Shown here: one piece after another, positions 24,100-37,149 of the stretch | How the letters are laid out: the number at the start of each line of letters is the position of its first letter | Position numbering within the stretch: position 1 is the stretch's first letter | Source of the DNA: Octopus sinensis | Taxonomy: Eukaryota | Direction of reading: 5' to 3' | NCBI RefSeq assembly: GCF_006345805.1 | Contig: NC_043005.1 | Location: 30,442,001-30,506,000, forward strand | DNA length: 64,000 nt | Program-made: the position numbers and the translations under genes | The notes under the pieces: generated by a model | Told to the model about the DNA's origin: nothing | The model's input: the letters and a program-made list of their open reading frames with translations, nothing else | The model's database searches: none

Positions 24100-24660
24100 G
24101 TTCTTGTACATCGACTACGCGCGTTTCATGACTGCATTAGGACTATATAAAATCATATAAGCAAACCATATCCAAGTTCATTAGAACGGGGAAATGATTT
24201 TACTCCCCAAACAGTCACTCCTCAGGTCAAATTCCTAAAAAAAAACTAAAAACTAAAAGTTTATCTTACCTCATATGATAAAGAATGAAAAAAATGAGCA
24301 ATATAAAATATATACATAAAGAAATAAAACCTGTAATGTAATCCCTAAGTTAATGACATTAATATTATTAAAGGTTACGAACTAAAATATTCGAATAGAG
24401 TTTATTGTGAACATGATTAATTCATGAATCATGGCGTGCTGAAATCTACAAGTTTTTTTCATTCTCTCTCTGTTTATTTTCTATTCCTTTCTGCTGAAGA
24501 GCGTATGCTCGAAACGTAAAAGACTTTTTCACTTTCCCGAGCGTAAAAATAATACACTTGCTTGTTGTTCATACACCTGTCTTCGTCTTTTGTTTTTCTA
24601 TAAATTTCAAGTATATATATATATATTATATCATTTTTCATCTTCCCGTTTACAACCAAT
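24100..24660 (+). mobile_element. Decayed Penelope-like 3' region with a hammerhead-like terminal repeat
   Basis: The terminal-repeat block 24460-24600 is homologous to 44060-44200. The coding remnant is barely readable. Confidence 0.45.
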
Positions 24661-25271
24661 GCTGAATGAGAAATAAGATGGTCTTCAGTGCCATTTGGCT
24701 TCTATCTCTAGCGTGTTGGAATGGTTAATCCGATCCCTTCAATATAATTATGTATATAATTATAAATTTAGCATATAAAATTACCTACGAGGTTTATAAA
24801 GTGATTTTATTATATATATATATAATTAAGAATAAAATCACTATATATATATATATATATATATACATATACATACATATTGAGGGGAAAACAAGAAGAA
24901 GAAAATGGAGAATAAATGGATGTAAATACTGGTGTATTTGCATGATGTTGTAGAACGATGATTTTTTGGGGAAAAAAACATTAGAAATAATTAAATAAAT
25001 TGATTGGAAGTTGAAACCGCAAAAAAAGTTAAGAAAATCTAAGAAGAACCTACATACATGTTTCTATCGAACCGTTTAGTTGATGGGAATCTCCAAGCAT
25101 GTTGTTTAATGTCAAGGAAGTTGCCACATTCATACTATATTATGATAGGACTTCTTCAGGTTTGAAAAAGAGCTAACGCAACTTAGGTGATCATTATTTT
25201 TAAAAAAAAACAGTCATCAGTCGACAACATGCAAATAAATCGATATTTACATGTAAATCAGTAATTATATA

Positions 25272-25641
25272 CTAGCAATGCATCCCGGCGTTGTCCGGTT
25301 GTTATGACCTACAAGCACATTGTATTATTTGCTCCTTCCTTATGAGCAGAATCGGCACAGCTGATATATAGCTAATGGCATAATGGAAGTTATTGTTTGT
25401 TTAATAGTGAAGGGGAGGAGGGTACAATTTGCATGGGTTTGCATGAAAGTGCTTTCTGTTCTTAAGAAGGATCAGAAACCATGCATTGATTCGTCGTATA
25501 AAAGGGCGTTAATGCGATTTTGTCCAGAAATCATGTTTTTAAAATTTTAATTTTACCCTATCTCCTCCGCAATTTCTTAATTTGTAACGTTTTTCGATTT
25601 TTTTTATCTATGTAGAAAAATACAGAGATTAGGAACCTGGG

Positions 25642-25675
<34 letters not shown>
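25272..25675 (-). mobile_element. Non-autonomous Helitron
   Basis: Minus-strand 3' end CCGGACAACGCCGGG hairpin + CTAG|T at 25272. The 5' end is lost in (TA)n. Confidence 0.6.
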
Positions 25676-25680
<5 letters not shown>

Positions 25681-26623
25681 TGATGAAATACTCAATGCAC
25701 CTTTCCCCTCCTCACCCATCCATGACCTACCAGCTTTCAAAAAGCTAAAATCTCCCAATGTTTCACTTTCGTCTGATGTTTCACGCATGTGTAGAATTCT
25801 ACTGAAATAGCAAACGTAAAAAATACCAGACCACCACCAGAAAACCCGACATGCTAGAAACAACATGTAAATGACATTATTTCTGAAGAAACTTTCCCGC
25901 TTTCCAAAAAGCTTAAAATGAAACATTGGGAGTGTGTAGCTTTTTGAAAGTGGTGAGGTGTTAGGTAAAATTCTAAAAGATTCGTACGCTCTGTTCTTCT
26001 CCATGGATTACCAAGAATAAAAATTTGAAAAAAGTAAAACTTGAATTTAGTGTGGAGAGGGAGAAAATTAAAATATTGAGAACGTGTTTTATGGGTGAAA
26101 TCCTAATCTCCTGTGTTGCAATTATAGGAATCTTGGGAAAAAGTAGGAAAAAAATAAGGGTGTGATGCAGAAATGTCACCTCGGACAAGCTAGAAAGTAG
26201 AGGTAAAGAACAGGATTTGGGGGAAAACTTCCTTTTAAGTTTATATTGAAGATCAGGTTTTTAAATACGCTCATCACAAACACAAATTACACAATAGAAA
26301 AATATCATTTCAATTGGATTTGAGTAGTAAATTTGTGCGTGCACACTGCAAGAAATAACATAATTCGCACAGAACTTTTACCGTGTGTGTGTGTGTGTGT
26401 CAAAGGAAGTTATTTTATGGCATTCTTTCGTTTAAAGAATCAAAGTTGTCAACTCGACATACATGGGATCATATGTTTGTTCGTTAATTTCCGTAAAATT
26501 GCTTTAATTTTTGTATGCTTCGAAGACAGCAGAAATTGAAAGAGAGGATAAAGTGAAAAGGCAACATTTGCTTTGAAGTGAGAGGAGAAAGTGTAAGATG
26601 TACGTTATATGAAATGGACGTGT

Positions 26624-26654
<31 letters not shown>

Positions 26655-26719
26655 AGAGAGAGTGAGTGAATGAAGTTGTGTGTTGTGATGTATGAATTTT
26701 TTGCATGCATGTGTAAGTA

Positions 26720-26759
<40 letters not shown>

Positions 26760-28281
26760 ACACACACACATATCTTTCATATAAATTACATATATAGGCG
26801 GAGGTAAGGAATACGCACACCACCCTGACCGGCGTAACCCTAACCCTAAACACCAGGAGCTGTGAAACAAGTTTAAGGTTGTTATCTCGAACACGAATGA
26901 TTTTAATAGGGATCACCAACCATAAGGATGGCTACTTCATTAAATGTGGGCTCATTAAAACAGCGTAAAATGTTCTTTACTATAGTTTACTATAGACGTA
27001 ATGTATTGATAAAATTGAAAACAGCCAAACGTACTCACACGGAGTTCAAGCGAAACGAAATGTAGTCAATATAGGTGCAAAACACTTCTAAGAAAAAAAC
27101 AAACAAAAAAGAACGAAAACCGAACTATAAGAGTGGAATGTCACCAATTTAGCAAAAGTTAGTATGCGCCACCAATGTAAGGAAGTAGAGGAAGCCAACA
27201 TTTATGTGGAACTTGTACTAAATGTTATAAAATTCACGATTGAATGAATGTCGCGGTGAAGAAAAGGAAAGTCTAAGAACATTCAGAAGGCATAATTCAA
27301 TTTTTCATACAAAAATAATTTATTTTAAAATTTTGAAACGAACGCCCAACCAAGTGTATAGAAAGGAAGATACTGTTGTTGTGAACGTTAATTTAAAATA
27401 TTTGCTGAAGAACGTATATAGCAAGATATAAATTAATTTGACATTACTATATATTTTTTAACTGTGTAACATTAGAATAAATACTAGAATAAATACTAAC
27501 GCAGTAAAAAGGTTGTGCAACGTTGATACTTACAGTGATGAACAAGCATAGGAGGAAAACAAGGACTGTTAAAAAAAACATTTTCTTGAAACTGGTTAGG
27601 AGTGGAATAACATTTGTGTAATTATAGTGAAAGAACCGCTGAGGCTGTCTACTTCACCAAGTTTCCGAATTTGCAATAATAACCAGAATAGCGGGGTTTT
27701 TTCCAGGTATATTTGCGAGTATTGTGAGTGGTGTTAAATCAGCCAAATGTTCATGTTGGTAGTACTTGAAAGTGAATGTTATTGTTAGTTTAAAGCCCAG
27801 ACCGCAAGTAAACTTTCGATATCGGTGCGTTTCACTGTTTGAGTGGGGAGTTACATACATAAACTAAACACACACATACTCACATACATTAACGCTCACC
27901 TGAAGCCTATCTCTGTCCCTGTGTGTGCCTGTCTCTGTCTTTAGATGTGTGGTTATGTGATAGTCGTCACAAAAATGTATACATACTGACAGACACATAC
28001 ACCGTCACACACATGTAGATAACGAACGTATGAACACACTCACATAGAAAATGTGACGTCATCGTCGTTGTAGAGGTGATATAAAATGTTGTTTACGACA
28101 GGTGACTAAAAGAAAAATGATAATGTTAAATTTTTGTAATGCAAATATGTGAATGAAAATATAGTTTAATTGGTAGCCGAAAGCTTATTGAATATTTTGA
28201 TACCCCATACGTCATAATCGGCAATTCGGTTTTGGAATGCATATGGAACATACGCGCACAGCACACACAAACTCTCTTTAC

Positions 28282-28382
<101 letters not shown>

Positions 28383-28430
28383 TGTGTTTGTGTGTGTGTG
28401 TGTGTGGTGTGTGTGTGTGTGTGTGTGTGT

Positions 28431-28871
28431 TATCCCTCGACTATCGTGGGTGATACATTCCAGAACCTCACGCGATAGGTGAAAATCCGCGAAGTAGAAA
28501 CAATACTGTACTGTATATGTTTTTTATCTTTTTTATAATTTGTAGATATTTATATTATTATTGTAAATATTATAAATGCAAAACAACACCACACACTCGC
28601 CTCCCGAGTTTCCTTTGCCATACAGTATGTGCAATTCTTTGTTTACTCTTCTACGGTACACTACGTATTTTCTTTTAATATATATTAATTAAAGTATTAT
28701 ACAGTACAGTACTGTATTTTTATTTATTTAATTTAGTAATTTTTAGGCATGAAAATGCTTATTTTACCTCAGAAATAATTAAAATCTAAACAAATATAGA
28801 TATCTATCGGTCGCAGAAAATCGCGATATACTGAGTGCGCGATTGGTGAACCGCGATATGGCGAGAGATTA

Positions 28872-28874
<3 letters not shown>
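28431..28874. mobile_element. Tigger/pogo-like MITE
   Basis: Ends TATCCCTCG (degenerate left end) and GAGAGATTACTG|TA; related to 38735-38938. Confidence 0.65.
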
Positions 28875-28904
<30 letters not shown>

Positions 28905-28908
<4 letters not shown>

Positions 28909-30093
28909 GTCATCCCATAAATAATGCGGTTTTTTATGCCTTTATTCTTGTTTAATTTAAAATATACTCTCCTTCATTTTCTACAATGCTCTTACAAGAC
29001 CCCTCTTCTAAAGTTCACTTGTCTGTGACGAAAAGTACTCCCCCTTACTGGTCTGACCTCGTCTACAGAATTCATAATTTTTCTGTCCAAATGATTTTGA
29101 AGACTGCGGAATAAATGATAAGCAGATGGAGCAATGTCCGACGAATATGGTTGGTGGGGCATCGTTTCCCATTCAAACTACTCCACCCTTTGGAATGTCA
29201 TCATTGCTGTATTTGGCCTAGCAATATCCTGATGGAAGAACACCTTTCGTCTTGAAACCAAAGATGGTCATTTTTCTTTTAGTGCTGACTTAAACCATTC
29301 AAACTGCTCACAGTAGATCTCCTTTGTTATCGTTTGGTTTGGATTTAAAAGTTCGAAAAGGGCTAAACCTTTCATATCCCACTAAGTAGATGACAACACT
29401 TTACGTGGGTAAAGACCTTCTGTAGCCTGAGGTGTCGGTGTTTCTCCGTTCCCTTTCGGCGCTTAATATTTTTATATAGGACCCATTTCTCGTCACCAGC
29501 CTATTCGGTTCAAAAACAGGTTCATTCATGAGACGGGACAGCAAAGAAGAGTACACATCCACTCTCTACGCGCGATTAGACTCAGAAAGTTTGTGAGGAG
29601 CCCATTGACCCAAATTGCTGACTTTCCCGATGGCACACAGGTGTCGATGAATGGTTGAATGACCAAATCCAAGCTTCTCTGCTAGTTCATCAATAGTTAC
29701 GATGGAATTTTGTTCCATCAGGGTTTACAGGACGTCCTCTACAGATCTTTCAGGACGAGGCTCATCTTGAAGGCTATAGTTTCCGGCTCCGAATTTCTGA
29801 AACCATCATTGACACTAGCTTACGCTTATTGTCCGATCCCCATATACTGAATTAATATTACTCGTACTTTCTGTTGCATTGTTGCTTTTATTGAACTCAT
29901 AAAACAAAATATGCTCCTTTGTCATTTCCATTATAGCTTTGAAAAAATAACTGTTAAAATCGAACTGCACTCTTCAAGACTTGCATTAAAATAAATATAA
30001 GGTAAAATTACTACCTGCTTTTATAGCAAGTTGACGCAGGTAGTTTATCCCACCCCCTCCCGACTTTTAGTTCATGCAATTGAAAAAAACCGC

Positions 30094-30098
<5 letters not shown>
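28905..30098 (-). mobile_element. Mariner element with a degenerate transposase
   Basis: TA|TTGGGTCATCCCATAAATAATGCGG TIR, with a partial opposite TIR AAAAACCGCATTAT. Minus-strand motifs AGDEKWVLYKNIKRR, FHQDIARP and WETMPHQPYSSDIAPS (from GDEKW, HDNARPH and HPPYSPDLAPS). Confidence 0.9.
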
Positions 30099-30148
<50 letters not shown>

Positions 30149-30197
30149 TATATAATAATTTGAGGGAATATTATAATATATGATATAATATATATTA

Positions 30198-30239
<42 letters not shown>

Positions 30240-30275
30240 TGTGTGTGTGGTGTGTGTGTGTTGTGTGTGTGTGTC

Positions 30276-30426
30276 AAATGAAATAAATGAAAAACAGGAC
30301 GCAAAGGATTTTGCGGTACATATGTTTCGGGTTTATAGAACAACTTATTCTTACATCAATGTTCTATAAACCCGAAACATATGTACCGCAAAATCCTTTG
30401 CGTCCTGTTTTTCATTTATTTCATTT
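30276..30426. repeat. Perfect 67-bp inverted repeat with a 17-nt spacer
   Basis: 30276-30342 is the exact reverse complement of 30360-30426. Confidence 0.97.
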
Positions 30427-30608
30427 AATACATATATCCTATCACCTATGCCACAGCTGGCATATACAGGTGCTTACATTTATCAAGTATTCATCCTGAA
30501 TTTATATATGTATATATATATAGATATATATATATATATATAATATATACATACATATATATATAATATATATACATACATATATATTATATATATATAC
30601 ATACATAT

Positions 30609-30644
<36 letters not shown>

Positions 30645-30703
30645 CATAGTATATATATACATACTATATATACATACATATATATATATACATACATATA
30701 TAT

Positions 30704-30755
<52 letters not shown>

Positions 30756-30767
30756 TCTTTTACTCTT

Positions 30768-30970
30768 TTACTCGTTTCAGTCATTTGACTGCGGCCATGC
30801 TGGAGCACCGCCTTTAGTTGAGCAAATCGACCCCGGGACTTATTCTTTGTAAGCCCAGTACTTATTCTATCGGTCTCTTTTTGCCGAACCGCTAAGTGAC
30901 GGGGACGTAAACACACCAGCATCGGTTGTCAAGCGATGGTGGGGGGACAAACACAGGCACACAAACATAT

Positions 30971-31021
<51 letters not shown>

Positions 31022-31175
31022 TACGACGGGCCTCTTTCAGTTTCCGTCTACCAAATCCACTCACAAGGCATTGGTCGGCCCGAGGCTATAGCAGAAGATA
31101 CTTGCCCAAGATGCCACGCAGTGGTACTGAACCCGGAACGATGTGGTTGGTAAGCAAGCTACTTACCACACAGCC
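30768..31175 (-). mobile_element. tRNA-derived SINE
   Basis: Minus-strand head GGCTGTGTGGTAAGTAGCTTGCTTACCAACC...CCGGGTTCAGTACC; tail GCTCCAGCATGGCCGCAGTCAAATGACTGAAAC. Confidence 0.8.
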
Positions 31176-32479
31176 AATCCTGAATACAATCTGAAATACA
31201 ACAATATCTGTTTCAACACACGACTTCACATAAAAAATATTGCACAACATACGGCAATCAATGCATCAATGCATTGAAAAGGCGAGGGATTAATCAGCCA
31301 AGCCTTGTCGGCCTAAATCGTCTGTGAGTAGTGGGTAGATGTTACACCCACAATATTAGGTTAGATCCTGTTTCGCTGCTTACACTGTGGTAATAAAGAG
31401 ATCAAATCACCGACAGAAAATTGTTTACAAAAACAAAACTGTTTCAAGTCAATGTTATACATTTAAATATAAGTGATGTAATAACATTATAGTGTTAGAA
31501 ATTAATGTCAGTAGATTCGATGTTATTTTCCAAGTGCTGGTAACTCGAGAATTTGAAGGAGATTAATCTTGTTTCTTGAGAGAATTCATTTCCGTACAGA
31601 TACTTGTGCAAATTTATGGAACTCAAAGATAGTACAATACTTGTTGTTTTCGAATTTTCGGTGCCATATCCATATGAATGTGAAACGACAGACATGCTAT
31701 ATGAAGTTTGAACGAAAGGTAGATGGTTATTTCTTATAGATGTTATTAAACACGAGTTAAGGGTTCAGTTGTTAAAAACTTAGCTTTAACACAACCTTGT
31801 TTTAAAGACTTGAGGCTTTCTGTTATTGCTGCTGTTCAAATGCAAAATTGTTTGTACATTAAATCGAATTCATAATAACAAATAAAAAACTGATTCTAAA
31901 ATATCTTCAGTTCAAAACCATCGCCATCAGTGAGGGATACTGCATACACGAATGAAATTGCTCAAGTATCGACGTCTACGGGTTAATTTTAACCCGTGGC
32001 ATTCAAGACTTTTGAGAAATCTAGAGCGCTAAGCAAAGGTGTTGACTTCCATGTTGCTTCGTCTGACTGAAGATTCAGATACGTCATAGGAGGACTTATG
32101 GCTGTTCTTACACCACGGCCTCCCGATTGATCAATATCAAGAACTGAAAGATCAAAGAAAATGAAGAATCGAAACCTTACAGCTTAGGTAACCAGGATCA
32201 GATCACATTTAAGTTAGATGATGTGTTATTAATCAATCAATTTTCTGGAATATCATCCCATATTAAAGAATGTACTATTTCATTCCAGTAATTCTTGCGC
32301 TTTTGTAGTTATACAGTATAAGCAACAACACGCGTAAACAAAGGAGAGTGGTGCAGTCCGAAAGCACAAGCAACAAGCCTTTTAACTCGACAAGTTTCCT
32401 TGGCTGATGCTCAGCTCCGAGTTTAAAGGAACTTTTCTTCTAGGATGGACGGAGCATTATTCCCGCCTCATACAAAAAG

Positions 32480-34083
32480 TTAGGTTCTTCTATTTGTCTA
32501 TTTGTACAAACCACATTTGTTCTAGCATACTGCTCCACACTACTGACAAGTAACAATGTAAAAATATAAATATTGTGATATAGTTCGATAACCAACGATG
32601 GCGTTGGTTTTTTAATGAGACACCACGCAGTCTGTCATCATAGCAACATATCAAGATCCATCCGAACCTTATTTCCCAATGACATTGATGAAATTTATTG
32701 GGTTTCTTTCGTTGATAAAATAAACGACGAAAAGAAAAAAAAGAAAACTTATAAGTTTTACAGCGAGGAAGATACATACGAGCCACTTAGAAATACGAAA
32801 AACTGTTAACTTTGCTAAATCATTTATATACGTCACACATATGTACGACAATCAATTTATGGGAAGCGACAAATCGATGTGTCTGTAATATGCGACCTGT
32901 TTGCAGATGATGCGACGATAACTTGTTTACGTAATTCGTTTTGTTAAACCGTTTTTTAGGTTTTGTTTTACAGCGTGATTTTGTATGGCCTGTCTTACCA
33001 AACTTGAAGCATTATATATTTTTAAATGGACAGTTACTTTTAAAATGTAGACCACCGCACCCATAACATGAATTCGGTCTTGATTTTTTTTCTTTTTCTT
33101 CTTATCCGTTATCGGTCGACACGCATGAATATGAGAGCAACCGTTTTCTTCAATTTTATCTGCGTCATGTCTTAGATTTATAATCCTCTGGTATTCTTCA
33201 GCTACTGCCTGTAGAGTTATTTTTTGGTCTTCTTCTAATTTTGTTAATATCCGGAAACGTTTATCTGCATCTTTGCTTGAACAAAAATTAGGCATTTGAA
33301 CATGTCCGGGATTAATTAATTCAATTTGAAGTTTTCACACTTTCTGTTAACAACTCCAGCATAGGTGACGAAATCTTTTTGACCAAGTTTAAACACTGCC
33401 AGAGAATATTGAACAGGGAACTTCTTTCACTGAAAATTTTCGATAGAAAATTGTTTCATAGATATAAACCTCACTTGGTTTCATCGGCAGAATATAGTTA
33501 CTATATTTTTCGTGTTCGTAATTGTTTCTCATCGGACCCATTTTTACATTCTTCTTTGAAGATTTCTTAGTATCTTCGAAAATATGCAGAAAAGATAATC
33601 CCTTCTGCTGGTGTATAGCTGAATTCTCCAACTGAATTTGTTACGCTGTCTGGCGAGTAAGAACCTGCAATATTTTCCGACTTCTTGAACATTAATTCCA
33701 ACAACTGTTGGTTTTGTTGTTGCTGTTGTAGTTGTTGTTTCAGCAGCTGTTGTGGGTGTTATTGTAGTTGCTGTTGTTGTTACTGCTGTTGCAACTGCAC
33801 CACGGAGGCCAATAAGTCCTCCCTGTTAAAACAGCCTTTTCTTTGGTTTCGTATAAAAAAAATTCTAAACGTCCAACGCAAGCTTCGAACAACTCGTCGC
33901 CACTTTTATATCCTGGTGTTGGATAAATAATTTATCGAACCAGGGGGAAAGAAATATTTACACGATGCACTACGATTACTGTTACACGAGGTTAAAACGC
34001 TCTCTGCCAACGGCTCACAGTGAAGTGCTTACCCTGAACCGTTCTTTATTTTATAGCAATGTGTCAGTCCACTTTTAGTCACA
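32480..34083 (-). mobile_element. Gypsy (Mag-like) LTR retrotransposon 5' remnant: putative LTR, PBS, gag/protease traces
   Basis: PBS TGGCGACGAG at 33902-33893. Gag-like ILTKLEEDQKITLQAVAEEYQRIINLRHDADKIE (32927..33295). Putative LTR 33903-34083 begins TGT. Confidence 0.65.
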
Positions 34084-34182
34084 TGGGGCTGGTCGGAATC
34101 TTTCCACAACAAATCCAGACGACATACTTTGTTCGTCTGGGGGTCTCTGTCACACAATACTTGTAATAATATGGGACAATTA

Positions 34183-35022
34183 CCGTATTTGCTAGTGTAT
34201 AAGACGCGTCTATTGTTATAATTTTAAATGTATCGAAAAATTGCTCAACGTCAAATGCGGCCATACTATTATGGCTGAGGGACCGAATGTTATAAGCTGA
34301 ATGAACATAAATCAGCTAGATAATATAATTGTTAGCAATAAAAGATATTGAAAATTAGCCAAAATATCGGTTTGTTAGCACAGACTTACGAAAAATCGCT
34401 TTTGGTAGTTGGCAGTTTTTTGGGGAGGTCACACTATCTCATTATACTTCCTTCTTCAGCATACATATCCCACACCTAATATATGCCTCACATTATCTAA
34501 TGGCTCTGTTACCTTTAAGAAACATTTTTTTAATTATCTACATTTTTTAATTATCTAGATGAAAAATTCTCCTTGAAAGATTACAGGAATATGAAACCGT
34601 CACCCGCTTGTCAGCTATTTACAGTGATTTAATGGCAGCAAAACCATTGCGGTAGTTCCCACCCGGGTGGTCGGTCGCAGTAACACAAAACAACACAACC
34701 GATAAATGCGAGTTTTACATCCGGAATGGCAATTATTTTGACAAAAATATAAACAACTCTACAATTGATCTGGTTGAAATGCAATACCCTCATAACAAAG
34801 TTTATTCATGATAAATTTATGGTTTCATACTTCATTGCAGTATACTGTTGCAATATTGTACTTACTTGCACGCAATCATACATTTTCACTTTACAAAACA
34901 ACTTTAATATCTTTCAATAGGTGCAGCATCAGACATACTAAGTTCATTTTTTCCCACAAAATATGCTGGTAAAGTAGGGTGCATCTTATGCAAAGGTGCG
35001 TCTTATACGTCAGCAAATGTGG
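34183..35022. mobile_element. Non-autonomous Tc1/pogo-type element
   Basis: TA|CCGTATTTGCTAGTGTATAAGACGC ... GCGTCTTATACGTCAGCAAATGTGG|TA imperfect TIRs with TA TSD. Confidence 0.75.
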
Positions 35023-35267
35023 TATTTCAATAATTTTGATCATCCCTGGAGTGTATTATGATTTATAATCGACTGTGAGGCTCAGTCAACATGTTTACAG
35101 AAAAATACGCCCACAAGATCTGTTGTTACGACTAAAATCCATAATACAGTGCCCCGGCAAAAATACTGCTCTACTATTTCAATGACGATTTACAAATTTT
35201 AATGGGTCTTACTATAATTCTTTTAAATGTCTTTATGTTTTCTCAGACGAAAATGTTTGCTGGTGCA

Positions 35268-35347
<80 letters not shown>

Positions 35348-35714
35348 CGTGTGTGTACTTTACAGGGATGTAATTGTAAAGCAAGTATTTTGATTAGAGG
35401 TCTTGTGCTGAAACTGAAGCCATTGCAGCATGGAAGACATAGGTCAGCCATCCAGAAGCACATGAAGGCCATTATCTTCACTCAGACATTTATTTGTAAA
35501 AATGATGCAAAAATTTTCGTCGCTCAAAATTTCCATCTATTCACTGACGAAAAATTTATGACAACATTCCAAATAAATAGTGCGTGTTTACTGGCAGAAA
35601 AAAGCCAATCCCCAAATATAACAACATCTGTTTCAATACACGATTTAACATCAAGAATTTGGCAAAGCAAACACATAAGCGTATATTATATATGTGTGTG
35701 TGTGTGTGTGTGTG

Positions 35715-35747
<33 letters not shown>

Positions 35748-35769
35748 TGTGTGTGTGTGTGTGTATGTA

Positions 35770-35982
35770 TTGGGCTATCCCATAAATAATGCGGCTTTTT
35801 TATACTTCTTTTATTTTTCAAAATTAAGATAAACTTCTTTGTTAATCTAAAATATACTCTCCTTACTTTCCTACACTGTACTTCATTCTATCTGGTAGAC
35901 CTGCAAGGCCCCTCTTCCAAAATTCACTTGTCTGTGACGAAAAATACTCCTCCAGTACTCTTCTGACCTCGTCTACAGAATC
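35770..35982 (-). mobile_element. Terminal fragment of the same mariner family as 28905-30098
   Basis: TA|TTGGGCTATCCCATAAATAATGCGG and the following ~200 bp match 28905-29070. Confidence 0.8.
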
Positions 35983-36382
35983 TATGCTTGGCTGAGAGGG
36001 CAAAAATCCTGAAAAACCTCGCTCGAACTGAGGACCTTCTTAAACTCTTGGAAAAAAGTATTCAGTCAATGTCCTCATCTAAAATGTTTCCTACTTCAGA
36101 CTTGGAATTCTCCATTCATTGAAAAGTCCCGCCACAGCTCTTTCGAATATCGCCATTGCCGGAGCAGATGTAAGGGGGATAGCCCCGTCCCGCCGCAGCA
36201 CGGGCAGTCATCTTTTGTTTACAAAACCAAGTGATCGTTAAGTATTTCTCCCTCCGGTTGCAGTGAGGTTATGCGCCTTCAGCCATTTAATTCCGACGAG
36301 TGGCCTATACTGATAAGCGTTTTATTAGTGCGAAACTAATGGTCACTCTATGATCACCCATAACTTTTAACTTCCTAAAATA

Positions 36383-36599
36383 CGAGGTGATGCTGCAAAG
36401 TTCCTGGCTTTGGGTAAAAGAAAATACAGAAGGATCAGTTAATTATGATTTAATTCGACATATTCCACTCTTAGATTCACACACTTATTGCAACGGTCTT
36501 TCTGCTTTTCTAGGCCCTGTAAAATAACTCAGAATGTTGGGCTTTCAACCAAGAGATTCATAATATCCTTAAAGCCAGGAACATTTCAGACCCTCCTCG
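36383..36599. mobile_element. Mariner-type MITE
   Basis: CGAGGTGATGCTGCAAAGTTCCTGGCTTT / AAAGCCAGGAACATTTCAGACCCTCCTCG imperfect TIRs; TA on the left. Confidence 0.7.
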
Positions 36600-36783
36600 T
36601 GTGTGCCTCTGTGTGTGTGTATGTGTGTGTGTGATCGACTTGAAAAATTGTCAAGATATTAAAGCTATTTTTCTTAACATAAAACCAATGGTAGCCTTAA
36701 TACAAAAATAAAAAATTTGACCTACCAATGCGGTGTTGAATACTCATTCTCGTCCGTCGACATTTACTTATATACATGTGTGT

Positions 36784-36890
<107 letters not shown>

Positions 36891-37149
36891 ACTTTGTGGA
36901 GATTATTTTATATAGTTTTACTAAGTATAAAAAGGTTTTTATTAATAATTTTTTTTAAAAAGGTATAAATTCTTTATCAAAACGTCACTCACCTTTGTGG
37001 AAGAAGTTTCTTTCTAGTGTTCTAGTGTGTGTAAGCGCTTTCGATTATCTTTTCAAACACACGTGTTCTTGGATAATGTATGGAAGAGGAAGTTGTTATT
37101 TTTGTAGTAGTGTTACTATTAACTATTTCTAGTTTATTTTCGGACTTAG

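Noticed and set aside
28054-28061. TGACGTCA as evidence of a promoter
   Set aside because: A single 8-mer with no supporting gene start nearby.
31920-32170. Minus-strand peptide ...SALDFSKVLN... as an RT or host exon
   Set aside because: Short, interrupted by stops, no convincing splice sites, and the family could not be recognised.
32304-32474. 3' LTR of the Gypsy remnant at 32480-34083
   Set aside because: It has TG...CA-like ends but no visible similarity to the putative 5' LTR, and no TSD was established.
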